This document shows positions 1 to 10,078 of a stretch of 64,000 nucleotides of DNA, one piece after another. Source of the stretch: Burkholderiales bacterium (GTDB lineage: Bacteria; Pseudomonadota; Gammaproteobacteria; Burkholderiales; SG8-41); NCBI GenBank assembly GCA_036555035.1, contig DATBMB010000056.1, forward strand, positions 1,267-65,266, written 5' to 3'. Under the pieces are notes generated by a model that saw only the letters and a program-made list of their open reading frames with translations, was not told where the DNA came from and made no database searches. The translations under genes were made by a program, and so were the position numbers. Within the stretch, counting starts at the first letter, position 1; every line of letters starts with the position of its first letter.

Positions 1-987
1 GGCAACCTCGCCACCAATGCCGGTGGCATCAACGTGCTGCGCTACGGCAATGCGCGCGATCTGACGCTGGGACTGGAGGTCGTGCTGCCGGACGGCCGGA
101 TCTGGGACGGGCTGAGGGGACTGCGCAAGGACAACACCGGCTACGACCTGAAACAGGTCTTCATCGGCTCCGAGGGGACGCTCGGAATCATCACCGCCGC
201 GGTGCTGAAGCTCTTCCCGCTGCCACGCACGACCGTGACCGCTGTCGTCGCGGTCGCGGCGCCTGCAGCCGCCGTCGAGCTGCTCGCGCTGCTGCGCGAG
301 GAGTGCGGGGAGCGGGTGAGCGCCTTCGAGCTACTTTCGCGTCGCTGCGTGGAGCTCGTGCTGGCCCACATTCCCGGCACGCGCGAGCCGCTCCCCGCCG
401 GGCATTCGTGGTACGTCCTCGCCGAGCTGGCGGAAGCGAGCGGCGACGGCCCGCTGCAGCGCGAGTTCGAGCAAGCGCTGGAGCGCGCGGCCGAGCGCGG
501 GCTGGCGCTCGATGCCGTCGTCGCGGCGAGCGGCGCGCAGCGCGCGGCGTTGTGGCGCATCCGCGAAGCGATCCCCGAGGCCTCCCAGAAGGAAGGCCTG
601 CTCTACCGCCACGACATCTCGGTGCCGGTCTCCCGCATCCCCGGGTTCATCGACGAGGCCGGCGCGGCGCTCGAGCGCGATTTTCCCGGCGCGCGGGTGC
701 TCTGCTTCGGCCACATCGGCGACGGCAACCTGCACTACAACTGCTTCGTCCCGGGGCGGGCCCGCAATGATCCCGCCGCGCTCGCTGCGACCGACGTCAA
801 CCGCACGGTGCTCGACGTCGTGCAGCGCTTCGGCGGCAGCTTCAGCGCCGAGCACGGCATCGGGCAGGCGAAGCGCGCGGAGCTCGCGCGCTACAAGGGC
901 GCGCTGGAGGTCGAGATGATGCGCGCGCTCAAGCGCGCGTTCGACCCGCGGAACCTCATGAATCCGGGCAAGGTCCTACCCGACTGA
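1..987 (+). CDS. FAD-linked oxidase (GlcD / D-2-hydroxyacid dehydrogenase family), C-terminal part; the 5' end lies outside the window
   Basis: The frame is open from nt 1, in the same frame as listed ORF 34..987. The translation GNLATNAGGINVLRYGNARDLTLGLEVVLPDGRIW...FSAEHGIGQAK...DPRNLMNPGKVL is typical of GlcD-like FAD oxidases. Confidence 0.8.
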   Translation, partial: GNLATNAGGINVLRYGNARDLTLGLEVVLPDGRIWDGLRGLRKDNTGYDLKQVFIGSEGTLGIITAAVLKLFPLPRTTVTAVVAVAAPAAAVELLALLREECGERVSAFELLSRRCVELVLAHIPGTREPLPAGHSWYVLAELAEASGDGPLQREFEQALERAAERGLALDAVVAASGAQRAALWRIREAIPEASQKEGLLYRHDISVPVSRIPGFIDEAGAALERDFPGARVLCFGHIGDGNLHYNCFVPGRARNDPAALAATDVNRTVLDVVQRFGGSFSAEHGIGQAKRAELARYKGALEVEMMRALKRAFDPRNLMNPGKVLPD

Positions 988-1072
988 CCGGTTGCGCGCG
1001 CTTGCTGTAACTCGTTGACTGCGCACTGCTTCCTGCTTACCGCTCGCGGCTTACCGGGTATAATAGGCCACG

Positions 1073-1606
1073 ATGAAATTCCTGTTCGACATCTTCCCGG
1101 TCGTCCTCTTCTTCATCGCCTTCAAGGTCTACGACATCTACGTGGCGACGGCGGTCGCGATGGTGGCCACCTTTCTCCAGATCGGCTGGACCTGGCTCGC
1201 CCACCGCAAGGTGGACAACCTGCTGTGGGTGAGCCTCGCCGTGATCGTGGTTTTCGGGGGCGCGACGCTGGTGCTGCAGGACGAGATGTTCATCAAGTGG
1301 AAGCCGACCGTGCTCTACTGGCTGTTCTCGGCCGTGCTGGCGGTCGCGGTGCTCGCGTTCCGGAAGAATCTTATCCGCGCCATGATGGAGAGCCAGGTGA
1401 CGCTGCCGGATCCCGTGTGGGGGCGGCTGCTGGCGAGCTGGATCGGCTTCTTCGCCTTCATGGGAGCGCTCAACATCATCGTCGCCTACAACTTCTCGAC
1501 CGACGCCTGGGTCAACTTCAAGCTCTTCGGCGGCATCGGCCTGATGCTCGCGTTCATCGTGGCGCAGGCGCTCCTGCTCGCCCGCCACATCGAGAAGGCC
1601 GACTGA
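1073..1606 (+). CDS. yciB: Intracellular septation protein A (YciB/IspZ family inner-membrane protein)
   Basis: 177 aa starting [26 protein letters not shown], polytopic and hydrophobic. It sits directly upstream of a bolA-family gene, as commonly seen. Confidence 0.9.
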   Translation: MKFLFDIFPVVLFFIAFKVYDIYVATAVAMVATFLQIGWTWLAHRKVDNLLWVSLAVIVVFGGATLVLQDEMFIKWKPTVLYWLFSAVLAVAVLAFRKNLIRAMMESQVTLPDPVWGRLLASWIGFFAFMGALNIIVAYNFSTDAWVNFKLFGGIGLMLAFIVAQALLLARHIEKAD

Positions 1607-1607
1607 C

Positions 1608-1871
1608 ATGAGCGTCGCGGAACGCATCGAGCAGAAGCTCGCGGCGCTCGAGCCCGAGACCCTCGAGCTCGTCGACGAGTCCGCCGCGCATGCCGGGCAC
1701 GCGGGCGCGCGATCCGGCGGCGGGCACTACCGACTCACGATCGTGGCGCGCGCATTCGACGGCAAGCCGGCGCAGCAGCGCCACCGCATGGTGTACGAGG
1801 CGCTCGGTCCCATGATGCGCCACGAAATACACGCCCTCGCCATCCAGGCCTATGCGCCCGGCGAGATCTGA
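1608..1871 (+). CDS. bolA: BolA family protein
   Basis: 87 aa with ...DESAAHAGHAG...GGHYRLTIVARAFDGK..QRHRMVYEAL...IHALAIQAY, the BolA signature. The start lies 1 nt after the yciB stop. Confidence 0.85.
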   Translation: MSVAERIEQKLAALEPETLELVDESAAHAGHAGARSGGGHYRLTIVARAFDGKPAQQRHRMVYEALGPMMRHEIHALAIQAYAPGEI

Positions 1872-1896
1872 TCACACCCACCGCAAAGGAATTCCG

Positions 1897-2682
1897 ATGA
1901 AGCGGATGCAACTGATACTTCTAATGGCGGCCGGCCTCGGCCTCGCCGCCGCCGCGCATGCCCAGGACGGGGCGCTGGCGAAGGTGAACGGCGTCACCAT
2001 CCCGCAGTCGCGCGCCGATACCCTGATTAAGGAAATGGCCGCGCAGGGCCGCCCGGACACGCCCGAGATGCGCGACATGATCAAGCAGGAGCTGATCAAC
2101 CGCGAGATCGTCGCCCAGGAGGCGGTCAAGAAGGGGCTTCACAAGCGGGCGGAGGTCGTGACGCAGATCGACCTGCAGCGGCAGGCGGTGCTCATCAACG
2201 CCTACCTGCAGGACTATCTCAAGTCCAATCCCGTCACCGACGAGGCTGTGAGGAAGGAATACGAGCGCGTCAAGGAATCCGCCGGCGCCCGCGAGTACAA
2301 GGCCCGCCACATCCTGCTCGAGACCGAGGACGAGGCGAAGCAGGTCATCGCGCAGATCAAGAAGGGCGGCAACTTCGAGAAGATCGCCGCGGAGAAATCG
2401 AAGGACCAGGGATCAAAAGGCCGCGGCGGCGACCTCGACTGGGCGACCCCCGCGCGCTACGTCCCGGCGTTCGGGCAGGCACTCACGAAGCTCAAGAAGG
2501 GCCAGATGACCGATGCGCCGGTGCAGACGCAGTTCGGCTGGCACGTGATCCGCGTGGATGACGAGCGTCCCAGCAAGTTCCCGGCGTTCGAGGAAGCGAA
2601 GCCCCAGATCGAGCAGCAGATGCGCCAGCAGACCGTCAACAAGGCATTCACCGACCTGCGCGCCAAAGCCAAGATTGAGTGA
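1897..2682 (+). CDS. Periplasmic parvulin-type (PpiC/SurA-like) peptidyl-prolyl cis-trans isomerase
   Basis: I chose the ATG at 1897, preceded by AAAGGAA. It gives signal peptide MKRMQLILLMAAGLGLAAAAHA. The PpiC domain reads EYKARHILLETEDEAKQVIAQIKKGGNFEKIAAEKSKDQGSKGRGGDLDW...FGWHVIRV. Confidence 0.85.
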   Translation: MKRMQLILLMAAGLGLAAAAHAQDGALAKVNGVTIPQSRADTLIKEMAAQGRPDTPEMRDMIKQELINREIVAQEAVKKGLHKRAEVVTQIDLQRQAVLINAYLQDYLKSNPVTDEAVRKEYERVKESAGAREYKARHILLETEDEAKQVIAQIKKGGNFEKIAAEKSKDQGSKGRGGDLDWATPARYVPAFGQALTKLKKGQMTDAPVQTQFGWHVIRVDDERPSKFPAFEEAKPQIEQQMRQQTVNKAFTDLRAKAKIE

Positions 2683-2782
2683 CGAGGTACGGGTGACGAG
2701 GTAGAGGTGACGAGATACGGGTGACGTACAACCTGCCGTCGCTCTTTGTCACCCTTATTCGTCACCTATATTCGTCACTTGG
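2679..2782. repeat. Compound tandem/inverted repeat in the convergent ppiC-purL intergenic region
   Basis: 14-nt units GTGACGAGGTACGG, GTGACGAGGTAGAG and GTGACGAGATACGG lie at 2679, 2693 and 2707, followed by a partial fourth unit. After 27 nt come 13-nt units GTCACCCTTATTC and GTCACCTATATTC plus a partial unit at 2748, 2761 and 2774. GTGAC and GTCAC are reverse complements. Confidence 0.7.
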
Positions 2783-2785
2783 CCG

Positions 2786-5700
2786 CTAGCCGCACCAGCG
2801 GCGGGCGTTCCGGAACATCCTCAACCACGGCCCCTCCTCGCCCCAGTCCCCGGGGCGCCAGGAGTGCTGCACGGCGCGGAACACGCGCTCCGGATGCGGC
2901 ATGATGATCGTGAAGCGCCCATCGGGCGTGGTGAGTCCCGTGATCCCGCCGGGCGAGCCGTTCGGATTGCACGGATACGCCTCGGTCGGCGCGCCGCGGT
3001 TGTCCACGAAACGCAGCGCCACCAGCGCCTCCGCGGCGGCGCGCGCGGCCGGGTCCCGGAATTCGCAGTAGCCCTCGCCGTGCGCGACCGCGATCGGCAT
3101 GCGGCTGCCCGCCATGCCGGCGAGCAGGATCGAGGGCGAGCGCTGCACTTCCAGCATCACGAAGCGCGCCTCGAACTGCTCCGAGCGGTTGCGCACGAAA
3201 TGCGGCCACGCCTCCGCGCCCGGGACGAGCTCGCGGAGGTTTCCCATCATCTGGCAGCCGTTGCATACGCCGAGCGCAAACGTATCCGCGCGCCTGAAGA
3301 ACGCCTCGAACTCGGCGCGCGCGCGGGCGTTGAAGAGCACGGACTTGGCCCACCCCTCCCCGGCCCCCAGCACGTCGCCGTAGGAAAATCCGCCGCACGC
3401 GGCGAATCCCCGGAAATCCTTCAGGCTCGCGCGGCCGGAGACGATGTCGCTCATGTGCACGTCCACCGTCGTGAACCCGGCGCGGTCGAAGGCGGCGGCC
3501 ATCTCGACCTGGCCGTTCACGCCCTGCTCGCGCAGGATCGCGATGCGCGGGCGGCCGCGGGCGACGTACGGCGCCGCAACGTCCTCGCGCGGGTCGAAGG
3601 TGAGCGCGGCATGCAGCCCCGGATCGGCTTCGTCGAGCAGCCGCTCGTATTCCTGCCGCGCGCAGTCCGGGTTGTCGCGCAGCTGCTGCAAGCGGAAGGA
3701 CGTCTCGGACCAGGCGCGCCGCAGCTCGACGAGGCTCTCGTCGAAGAGTACGCCTGAACGGTCTGCTATCCGCAGCTTGCGCTCGCCGCCGACGCCGCCG
3801 ATGACACGGCACAGCTCGCCGAGACCGGCGCTCGCGAAAGCCCGCGTGACCTCCGCAACGTCGCCTTCCCGCACCTGCAGCACCGCCCCGAGCTCCTCGT
3901 TGAAGAGGAACTCCAGCGCGGACTTCCCGCGGAGGGCGCTGTCGATGCGCAGTGAGGCGCCGGTGCGGCCGGCAAACATCATCTCGCACACCGCGGCAAA
4001 GAGCCCGCCGTCGGAGCGGTCGTGGTAGGCGAGTATCCTGCCGGCCTGCCTGAGCCTCTGGATGACGGCAACGAACGCCTTCAACCGCCCGGCGTCCACG
4101 TCGGGCGCCGTGTTGCCGGTCGCGCCGTAGACCTGCGCGAGCGCGGAGCCGCCCATGCGGCAGAGTCCCGCACCAAGATCCACCAGCATCAGAACCGTCT
4201 CCCCGAGATCGGTGCGTAATTGGGGCGTGAGCGTTTCGCGCACGTCAGGAACCGGCGCGAAGGCCGATACGATGAGAGAAAGCGGCGCGGTCACCGCCTT
4301 GCGCGCGCCGTTCTCCTCCCACGTCGTCTGCATGGACAGGCTGTCCTTGCCGACGGGAATGCTCACTCCAAGCTGCGGGCAGAGCTCCAGCGCCACGGCG
4401 CGCACGGTGTCGAACAGCGCGGCGTCCTCCCCGGGTTGCCCCGCCGCGGCCATCCAGTTCGCGGAGAGCTTGACATCGCCGAGCCCGGAGATGGGCGCCG
4501 CCGCGATATTGGTGAGCGCCTCACCGACCGCCATGCGGCCCGAGGCCTCGGGGCTCACCAGCGCGAGCTGAGTGCGCTCGCCCATCGCGAAAGCCTCTCC
4601 CCGATGGGTGTCATAGCCCATCAGCGTCACCGCGACGTCCGCCACCGGCACCTGCCACGGCCCCACCATCTGGTCGCGCGCAGTGAGCCCGCCCACCGTG
4701 CGGTCGCCGATCGTGATGAGGAAGCTCTTGTCCGCCACCGCCGGCAGCCGCAACACCCGGTACGCCGCCTCGCGCAGGTCCATGCCCGCGGTCTCGAACG
4801 GAGGGAGCTCGCGTCTCGCGTGCGCCACCTCGCGTGTCATGCGCGGCGGCTTGCCGAGAAGCACCGCAAGCTCCATGTCCACGGGGAGATTGCCGAACAG
4901 GGGATCGCTCACGACGAGTTGCCCCTCCGCGGACGCTTCGCCGAGCACGGCGAACGGGCAGCGCTCGCGCTCGCAGATCGAGCGGAAGCGCCCGAGGTCC
5001 TCCGGCGCGATCGCCAGCACGTAGCGCTCCTGGGCCTCGTTGCACCAAATCTGGAGCGGCGACATCCCGGGTTCCTCGCTCGGGATCCGGCGCAGGTCGA
5101 AGCGCCCGCCCCGGTGCGCCGAATGCACCAGCTCGGGCAGGGCGTTCGAGAGCCCCCCGGCGCCGACATCGTGTATCGACCGGATCGGGTTGACCTCGCC
5201 CAGCGCCCAGCAGCGGTCGATCACCTCCTGCGCGCGGCGCTGGATCTCCGCGTTGCCGCGCTGCACCGAGTCAAAATCCAGGTCCTCGAGGTTCGCTCCC
5301 GTGCCGAGGCTGGAGGCCGCGCCGCCGCCGAGCCCGATGCGCATGCCGGGGCCGCCGAGCTGGATGAGAAGCGCGCCGGGCTCGAGCTCACGCTTGTGGG
5401 CATGGCGCGCGGAGAGATTCCCGATGCCGCCCGCGATCATGATCGGCTTGTGATAGCCCCGCACTTCACCGGCGACGCGCTGCTCGAGGGTGCGGAAATA
5501 GCCGGCCAGATTGGGCCGGCCGAATTCGTTGTTGAAGGAAGCCGCCCCGATCGGCCCCTCGATCATGATCTGGAGGGCCGAGGCGATGCGCTGCGGCCGC
5601 CCGATGCCGTTCGCCTCCCAGGGCTGGACGAAATCCGGAATGCAGAGGTTCGACACGCTGAAGCCGGTGAGCCCCGCCTTGGGCTTCGCTCCGCGGCCGG

Positions 5701-6676
5701 TCGCCCCCTCGTCGCGGATCTCACCCCCCGCTCCCGTGGCCGCGCCCGGGAAAGGCGAGATCGCCGTGGGATGGTTGTGCGTCTCCACCTTCATCACGGT
5801 GTGCGTGAGCTCCTGCGTGGAGCGATACGCGCCATCCTCCCGCGGATAGAAGCGGCCGATGGTCTCGCCCTCCATCACCGCGGCGTTGTCCGCGTAGGCG
5901 ACGACGGTGCCGCGGGGATTTTTTTCGTGGGTCGTGCGGATCATGCCGAAGAGCGTGGCCGACTGCGGCCGGCCGTCGATCACCCAGCTCGCGTTGAAGA
6001 TCTTGTGCCGGCAATGCTCGGAATTGGCCTGGGCGAACATCATCAGCTCGACGTCGGTCGGGTTGCGCGCGAGGCGCCGGAAATGTTCGAGCAGGTACTC
6101 GATCTCGTCCGGCGACAGCGCGAGCCCCATCTCCCGGTTCGCGCGCTCCAGCGCCGCGATGCCCCCGCCGAGGAGGTCCACCGCCGCGAGCGGCGCCGGC
6201 GTGGTGTGCGCGAACAGGCGGTCCGCCTCGTCGAAGGCCGCAAGCACCGTTTCCGTCATGCGGTCGTGGACAAGGGGCGCAGCCGCCGCCCGTTCACCGG
6301 CGGCCAGCGCCTGACCGTCGGCGGTCGCCATGAAATAGGCGATGCCGCGCTCGATGCGGCGCACAGACTCGAGCCCACACTGGCGCGCGATGTCGGTCGC
6401 CTTGGACGACCAGGGAGAAATCGTGCCAAAGCGCGGCACGACGAGCAGGAGCTCGCCCCGCGCCGCGGCTGCTGTCTCCGCCGGGCCGTAGGCGAGAATG
6501 CGATCGAGGCGCCGCGCTTGCGGCTCCGTGAGTGCCCGCTCGAGCTCGACGAAATGCCAGGTTTCGGCATGAACCGCGGTGATGCGTGGGACGGAGGAAC
6601 GGAGGGAGCTGAGGAGCCGGCTTAAGCGGAAGGCCGAGAGCGCGCTTCGTCCTCTCAGCCTCAGGATCTGCGACAT
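2786..6676 (-). CDS. purL: Phosphoribosylformylglycinamidine synthase, single-chain large form
   Basis: About 1296 aa. The N-terminus [22 protein letters not shown] and the C-terminal glutamine amidotransferase region ([12 protein letters not shown]) match PurL. I chose the ATG at 6676; the listed ORF start at 6685 is a TTG. Confidence 0.97.
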   Translation of the reverse strand: MSQILRLRGRSALSAFRLSRLLSSLRSSVPRITAVHAETWHFVELERALTEPQARRLDRILAYGPAETAAAARGELLLVVPRFGTISPWSSKATDIARQCGLESVRRIERGIAYFMATADGQALAAGERAAAAPLVHDRMTETVLAAFDEADRLFAHTTPAPLAAVDLLGGGIAALERANREMGLALSPDEIEYLLEHFRRLARNPTDVELMMFAQANSEHCRHKIFNASWVIDGRPQSATLFGMIRTTHEKNPRGTVVAYADNAAVMEGETIGRFYPREDGAYRSTQELTHTVMKVETHNHPTAISPFPGAATGAGGEIRDEGATGRGAKPKAGLTGFSVSNLCIPDFVQPWEANGIGRPQRIASALQIMIEGPIGAASFNNEFGRPNLAGYFRTLEQRVAGEVRGYHKPIMIAGGIGNLSARHAHKRELEPGALLIQLGGPGMRIGLGGGAASSLGTGANLEDLDFDSVQRGNAEIQRRAQEVIDRCWALGEVNPIRSIHDVGAGGLSNALPELVHSAHRGGRFDLRRIPSEEPGMSPLQIWCNEAQERYVLAIAPEDLGRFRSICERERCPFAVLGEASAEGQLVVSDPLFGNLPVDMELAVLLGKPPRMTREVAHARRELPPFETAGMDLREAAYRVLRLPAVADKSFLITIGDRTVGGLTARDQMVGPWQVPVADVAVTLMGYDTHRGEAFAMGERTQLALVSPEASGRMAVGEALTNIAAAPISGLGDVKLSANWMAAAGQPGEDAALFDTVRAVALELCPQLGVSIPVGKDSLSMQTTWEENGARKAVTAPLSLIVSAFAPVPDVRETLTPQLRTDLGETVLMLVDLGAGLCRMGGSALAQVYGATGNTAPDVDAGRLKAFVAVIQRLRQAGRILAYHDRSDGGLFAAVCEMMFAGRTGASLRIDSALRGKSALEFLFNEELGAVLQVREGDVAEVTRAFASAGLGELCRVIGGVGGERKLRIADRSGVLFDESLVELRRAWSETSFRLQQLRDNPDCARQEYERLLDEADPGLHAALTFDPREDVAAPYVARGRPRIAILREQGVNGQVEMAAAFDRAGFTTVDVHMSDIVSGRASLKDFRGFAACGGFSYGDVLGAGEGWAKSVLFNARARAEFEAFFRRADTFALGVCNGCQMMGNLRELVPGAEAWPHFVRNRSEQFEARFVMLEVQRSPSILLAGMAGSRMPIAVAHGEGYCEFRDPAARAAAEALVALRFVDNRGAPTEAYPCNPNGSPGGITGLTTPDGRFTIIMPHPERVFRAVQHSWRPGDWGEEGPWLRMFRNARRWCG

Positions 6677-6758
6677 GTGGCGCAATCGAAGTCGCTAAAA
6701 ACGCATTCTACCCGAAAGGGCGCTGCGCCGCGGCGAGCTCCGCGTCATTCACGTTAGA

Positions 6759-8264
6759 ATGCATGCACTTATGACGGTTCGCTGGGTCCACAACGCGCCC
6801 ATCTATCGCACTGCGGACGTGCGCGCCATCGAGGCCGCGGCCGCGTCCTCACCCTCGCCTCCCCAGCTGATGGAAAGAGCCGGACGGGCGGCGGCGGAGA
6901 TCGCGCGCGAGGTATCGGGCGGCACCGGCAAGCCGGTCCTGGTGCTGGCCGGCCCCGGCAACAACGGCGGCGACGCGTTCGTGGTCGCGCGCTATCTCAA
7001 GCAGTGGTACTTCAACGTTTCCGTGGCCTTTGCCGGCGATGAGGGAAAGCTCCCGGCGGACGCGTCCGCGGCGCTGCAGGCATGGCGTGCCGCGGGCGGC
7101 AGCATCGCCGGCGCCCTGCCCGGGATGCAGGACTGGGGGCTGGTGGTGGACGGCCTCTTCGGCGTCGGACTCGAGCGCGAGGTGTCCGGCCGCCATGCCG
7201 AATGGGTCGAAGCCGTCAACCGACTCCCCGCCACGGTGCTCGCCCTCGATGTGCCGAGCGGCCTGCAATCCGATTCCGGGCGCGTGATGGGCTGCGCGAT
7301 ACGCGCGGCTCACACTGTCACGTTCATCGCCTTGAAGCCGGGGCTCCTCACGCTCGAGGGCCCCGACCATTGCGGCGAGGTCCACGTGCGCGCCCTCGGG
7401 CTCGACACGCAGAAGCTCCAGCCGGCGCGCGGTTTCGTGATCGGGGCCGAGGTCCTGAACGGGATCCTCCCGCTGCGCGCCCGCAACAGCCACAAGGGCG
7501 ACTACGGCAGCGTGGGCATCATCGGCGGCGATCACGGGATGGTCGGCGCCGCGCTGCTGGCGGGACGGGCGGCGCTCAAGCTGGGAAGCGGCCGGGTGTA
7601 CGTCGGCCTGCTGGCGCGCGACGCGCAGGCAGTGGATGCGGATCAGCCGGAGCTCATGCTGCGCACCGCGGACGAAGTGCTGAAGCTCGGGCACCTTACC
7701 TGCCTCGCCGTCGGTCCCGGGCTCGGCCAGATGCCGGATGCCGCTTTCTACCTCGGCGTTGCCCTCGAATCGGCGCTCCCGCTGGTGCTCGACGCCGACG
7801 CGCTCAATCTCCTCGCCGCCGATGCCCGGCTCGCGGACATGCTGCGGAAACGGTCGGCGCCGTCGCTGCTCACGCCTCATCCGGCCGAGGCCGGGCGTCT
7901 GCTGGGAGCGTCCACGCGGGAAGTGCAGGACGACCGGATCGGGACCGCATTGAAGCTGGCGGAATCGTTCAATGGCCTGGCCGTACTGAAGGGCGCCGGC
8001 AGCGTGTGCGCCACGCCCGACGGGGCCTGGCACATCAACACGTCCGGCAATCCCGGCATGGCGAGCGCCGGCATGGGGGATGTCCTGAGCGGCATACTCG
8101 CCGCCCTGCTCGCGCAGGGCGTGGAAGCGAGGAACGCGCTTCTGGCCGGGGTCTACCTTCACGGCGCTGCCGCCGATCACGCCGTGGCCGGTGGCGCCGG
8201 CCCCGTCGGGCTCACTGCAACCGAGACGATAGCCGCGGCGCGCGCACTGCTCAATCGCCGCTAG
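6759..8264 (+). CDS. nnr: Bifunctional NAD(P)H-hydrate repair enzyme (epimerase / ADP-dependent dehydratase)
   Basis: 501 aa. The N-terminal YjeF_N motif is VLAGPGNNGGDAFVVARYL. The C-terminal carbohydrate-kinase part is HKGDYGSVGIIGG...LKGAGSV...GNPGMASAGMGDVLSG. Confidence 0.92.
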   Translation: MHALMTVRWVHNAPIYRTADVRAIEAAAASSPSPPQLMERAGRAAAEIAREVSGGTGKPVLVLAGPGNNGGDAFVVARYLKQWYFNVSVAFAGDEGKLPADASAALQAWRAAGGSIAGALPGMQDWGLVVDGLFGVGLEREVSGRHAEWVEAVNRLPATVLALDVPSGLQSDSGRVMGCAIRAAHTVTFIALKPGLLTLEGPDHCGEVHVRALGLDTQKLQPARGFVIGAEVLNGILPLRARNSHKGDYGSVGIIGGDHGMVGAALLAGRAALKLGSGRVYVGLLARDAQAVDADQPELMLRTADEVLKLGHLTCLAVGPGLGQMPDAAFYLGVALESALPLVLDADALNLLAADARLADMLRKRSAPSLLTPHPAEAGRLLGASTREVQDDRIGTALKLAESFNGLAVLKGAGSVCATPDGAWHINTSGNPGMASAGMGDVLSGILAALLAQGVEARNALLAGVYLHGAAADHAVAGGAGPVGLTATETIAAARALLNRR

Positions 8265-8265
8265 C

Positions 8266-10014
8266 TCAGGACAGGCTTTCGGGGTCGGCCTTCTCGTCCG
8301 CCTTGGGCCGGAGCGTGACTCCCGAAAGTCCGCGCGCGCCTTTCTCGAGCGCGATGATCTCCTGCGCGGTGAGCGGCGGGCTCACGTATTCTCCCTGGAT
8401 GCGCGAGCACCCGAGCGTCGTGAGCGCGAGCGCGGTCGTGCCATCCGCCACGCCCTCGGCCGTCACCTCGAGCCCGAGATCGCGCGCGAGGCGCACCAGC
8501 GAGCGGACGATCTTGTCGTGGACCGCGGACTTCCGCATGTCGCGCACGAACGCCGCGGAAAGCCGCAGCTCGTCGAGCGGCAGCTCCGCGACATTGCTCA
8601 ACGACGAGGAGCCGGTGCCGAAGCCGTCGATCGCGAGCCGCATGCCGTTGCCTTTCAGCCGCCCGAGCGCCTCCTTCACCTGCTCGAGCCCGCCGGCGAG
8701 CGCCGACTCGTGCATCTCGATGACCATGTGCTTGGGCGGAATCCCCCACGTCCGCAGCGCGCGCCCGAGGAACTCGGGAAAATCCGGCTGCAGCAGGCCG
8801 CTCGCCGTGATCTTGAGGCTCACCGGAACCTGGAGGCCGGCGCGCGCGATCTCGGCGCATTCGCGCAGCGCGTTGTTGAACGTCCACGACGACAGCTCGC
8901 TGCTCACGCCCGCGGCCTCCGCAGCCTCAAACGCCCGCGCCTCCGACACTTCGCCCAGCTCCGTGTCGTGCCAGCGCAACAGCCCCTCGAGCCCGGCGAT
9001 CCGCCCGGAGCGCAGGTCGAGCTGGGGCGCGAAGGCGAGCCGCAGTGCGCCCTCCTCCAGCGCGCGACGCACCCGCGCCGCGTAGCGCATCTTCTCCTCC
9101 TCGCTCTCGCCGTGCGCCGGATCGTAGAGCGCAACGCGCTCCGCGGTTCCGCGCGCGGCGCCCACCGCGAGCTTGCCGTTGCGCACCAGCGTCTGCTGGT
9201 CTGCTCCGTGCTCCGGGTACATTGCGATGCCGATCACTGCTTCCGGGGCGAATGCGCGCTCGCCGATCGCGATCGGTGCATTGAGCGCGCCCAGAATCTT
9301 GTTCGCGGCAAGGATCGCCACGCCTTCTCCCGCGATGCGCGGCAGCAGGCAGGCGAGCTGGCTGCGGCTCACCCGGCCCAATTGATCCTGCTTGCGCAGC
9401 ACCCCTTCGCGCATGCGCCGCGTCACGCGCAGCATGAACGCCTCGCCCCGCTGCAGCCCGAGGAGGCGGTCCACCTGCTCGACCTGCTCGACCTCGATCA
9501 GCAGCAGCCCGAGCTGCTTGCCTTCCTGGCGGTGGGACTCGATCGTCGTGCGGAAGATCTCCATGAACGCCGCATACTCCGGTGTCGGCAGCGTGCGCAC
9601 CACGGCGCCCGCGCCCTGGCTGCGCGCGGAAAGCGATGCGATCAGCGCGACCTGCAGGAAGACGAAGCGCTGCAGGGCCAGTATGTTCTCCGTGCATTGC
9701 TGCGGGTCGCCGGCGTGCAGCCGCAGCACGCCGCGCGTCATGGCGCTCTGGAAACGCAGGCAATCGCGCCGCATGCGCTCGAGCGCCTCGCCCTCCGTAT
9801 CGAGCGCCCATTCGCCGAGCGCGGAAAAAACCGGCTCGAGATCGGCGCCGCCCGCGGTCCCGGCCTTCGACAACGCGGCGTCGAGCCCGCCCGCCGCCGG
9901 CACGAACAGGTCGGGCGCGCGCTCGCGCACCCCGCCGAGCACGGCCGCGACGCGCGCGATCGTCCTGGGATCGACGCTGAACTCCTCCGCCAGGCGCCCG
10001 ATGAGCGCCCGCAT
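8266..10014 (-). CDS. Signalling protein with a degenerate GGDEF domain and an EAL-type domain (possibly non-catalytic)
   Basis: The EAL-type region contains LEGLLRW, IDGFGTGSSSLSNV and EGVADG. The upstream GGDEF-like region has RVSRSQLACLL where GGDEF is expected. I chose the start at MRALIGRL (10014), because the listed start at 10101 would overlap the HD-GYP gene by 23 nt. Confidence 0.8.
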   Translation of the reverse strand: MRALIGRLAEEFSVDPRTIARVAAVLGGVRERAPDLFVPAAGGLDAALSKAGTAGGADLEPVFSALGEWALDTEGEALERMRRDCLRFQSAMTRGVLRLHAGDPQQCTENILALQRFVFLQVALIASLSARSQGAGAVVRTLPTPEYAAFMEIFRTTIESHRQEGKQLGLLLIEVEQVEQVDRLLGLQRGEAFMLRVTRRMREGVLRKQDQLGRVSRSQLACLLPRIAGEGVAILAANKILGALNAPIAIGERAFAPEAVIGIAMYPEHGADQQTLVRNGKLAVGAARGTAERVALYDPAHGESEEEKMRYAARVRRALEEGALRLAFAPQLDLRSGRIAGLEGLLRWHDTELGEVSEARAFEAAEAAGVSSELSSWTFNNALRECAEIARAGLQVPVSLKITASGLLQPDFPEFLGRALRTWGIPPKHMVIEMHESALAGGLEQVKEALGRLKGNGMRLAIDGFGTGSSSLSNVAELPLDELRLSAAFVRDMRKSAVHDKIVRSLVRLARDLGLEVTAEGVADGTTALALTTLGCSRIQGEYVSPPLTAQEIIALEKGARGLSGVTLRPKADEKADPESLS

Positions 10015-10078
10015 TCCGATCCCCGGCTCGTGCTCCAGGCCGGTGCTGGATACCGGCTCCGGGGCGCCCGCGCCGCCG

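Noticed and set aside
2679-2782. Possible CRISPR array.
   Set aside because: The units are only 13-14 nt long and directly abutting, with no spacers. No cas genes are present. I report it as a tandem/inverted repeat instead.
4220-6625. 801-aa plus-strand ORF, and many similar long ORFs listed in the track. Examples are 56952..60758 (1268 aa), 53757..56510 (917 aa), 46638..49154 (838 aa), 25481..27721 (746 aa), 32606..34441 (611 aa) and 7082..9085 (667 aa).
   Set aside because: They lie antisense to or out of frame with genes that have clear family signatures. Their translations are Arg/Ala/Pro/Gly-rich and low-complexity, with no recognisable motifs. This is typical of shadow ORFs in GC-rich DNA.
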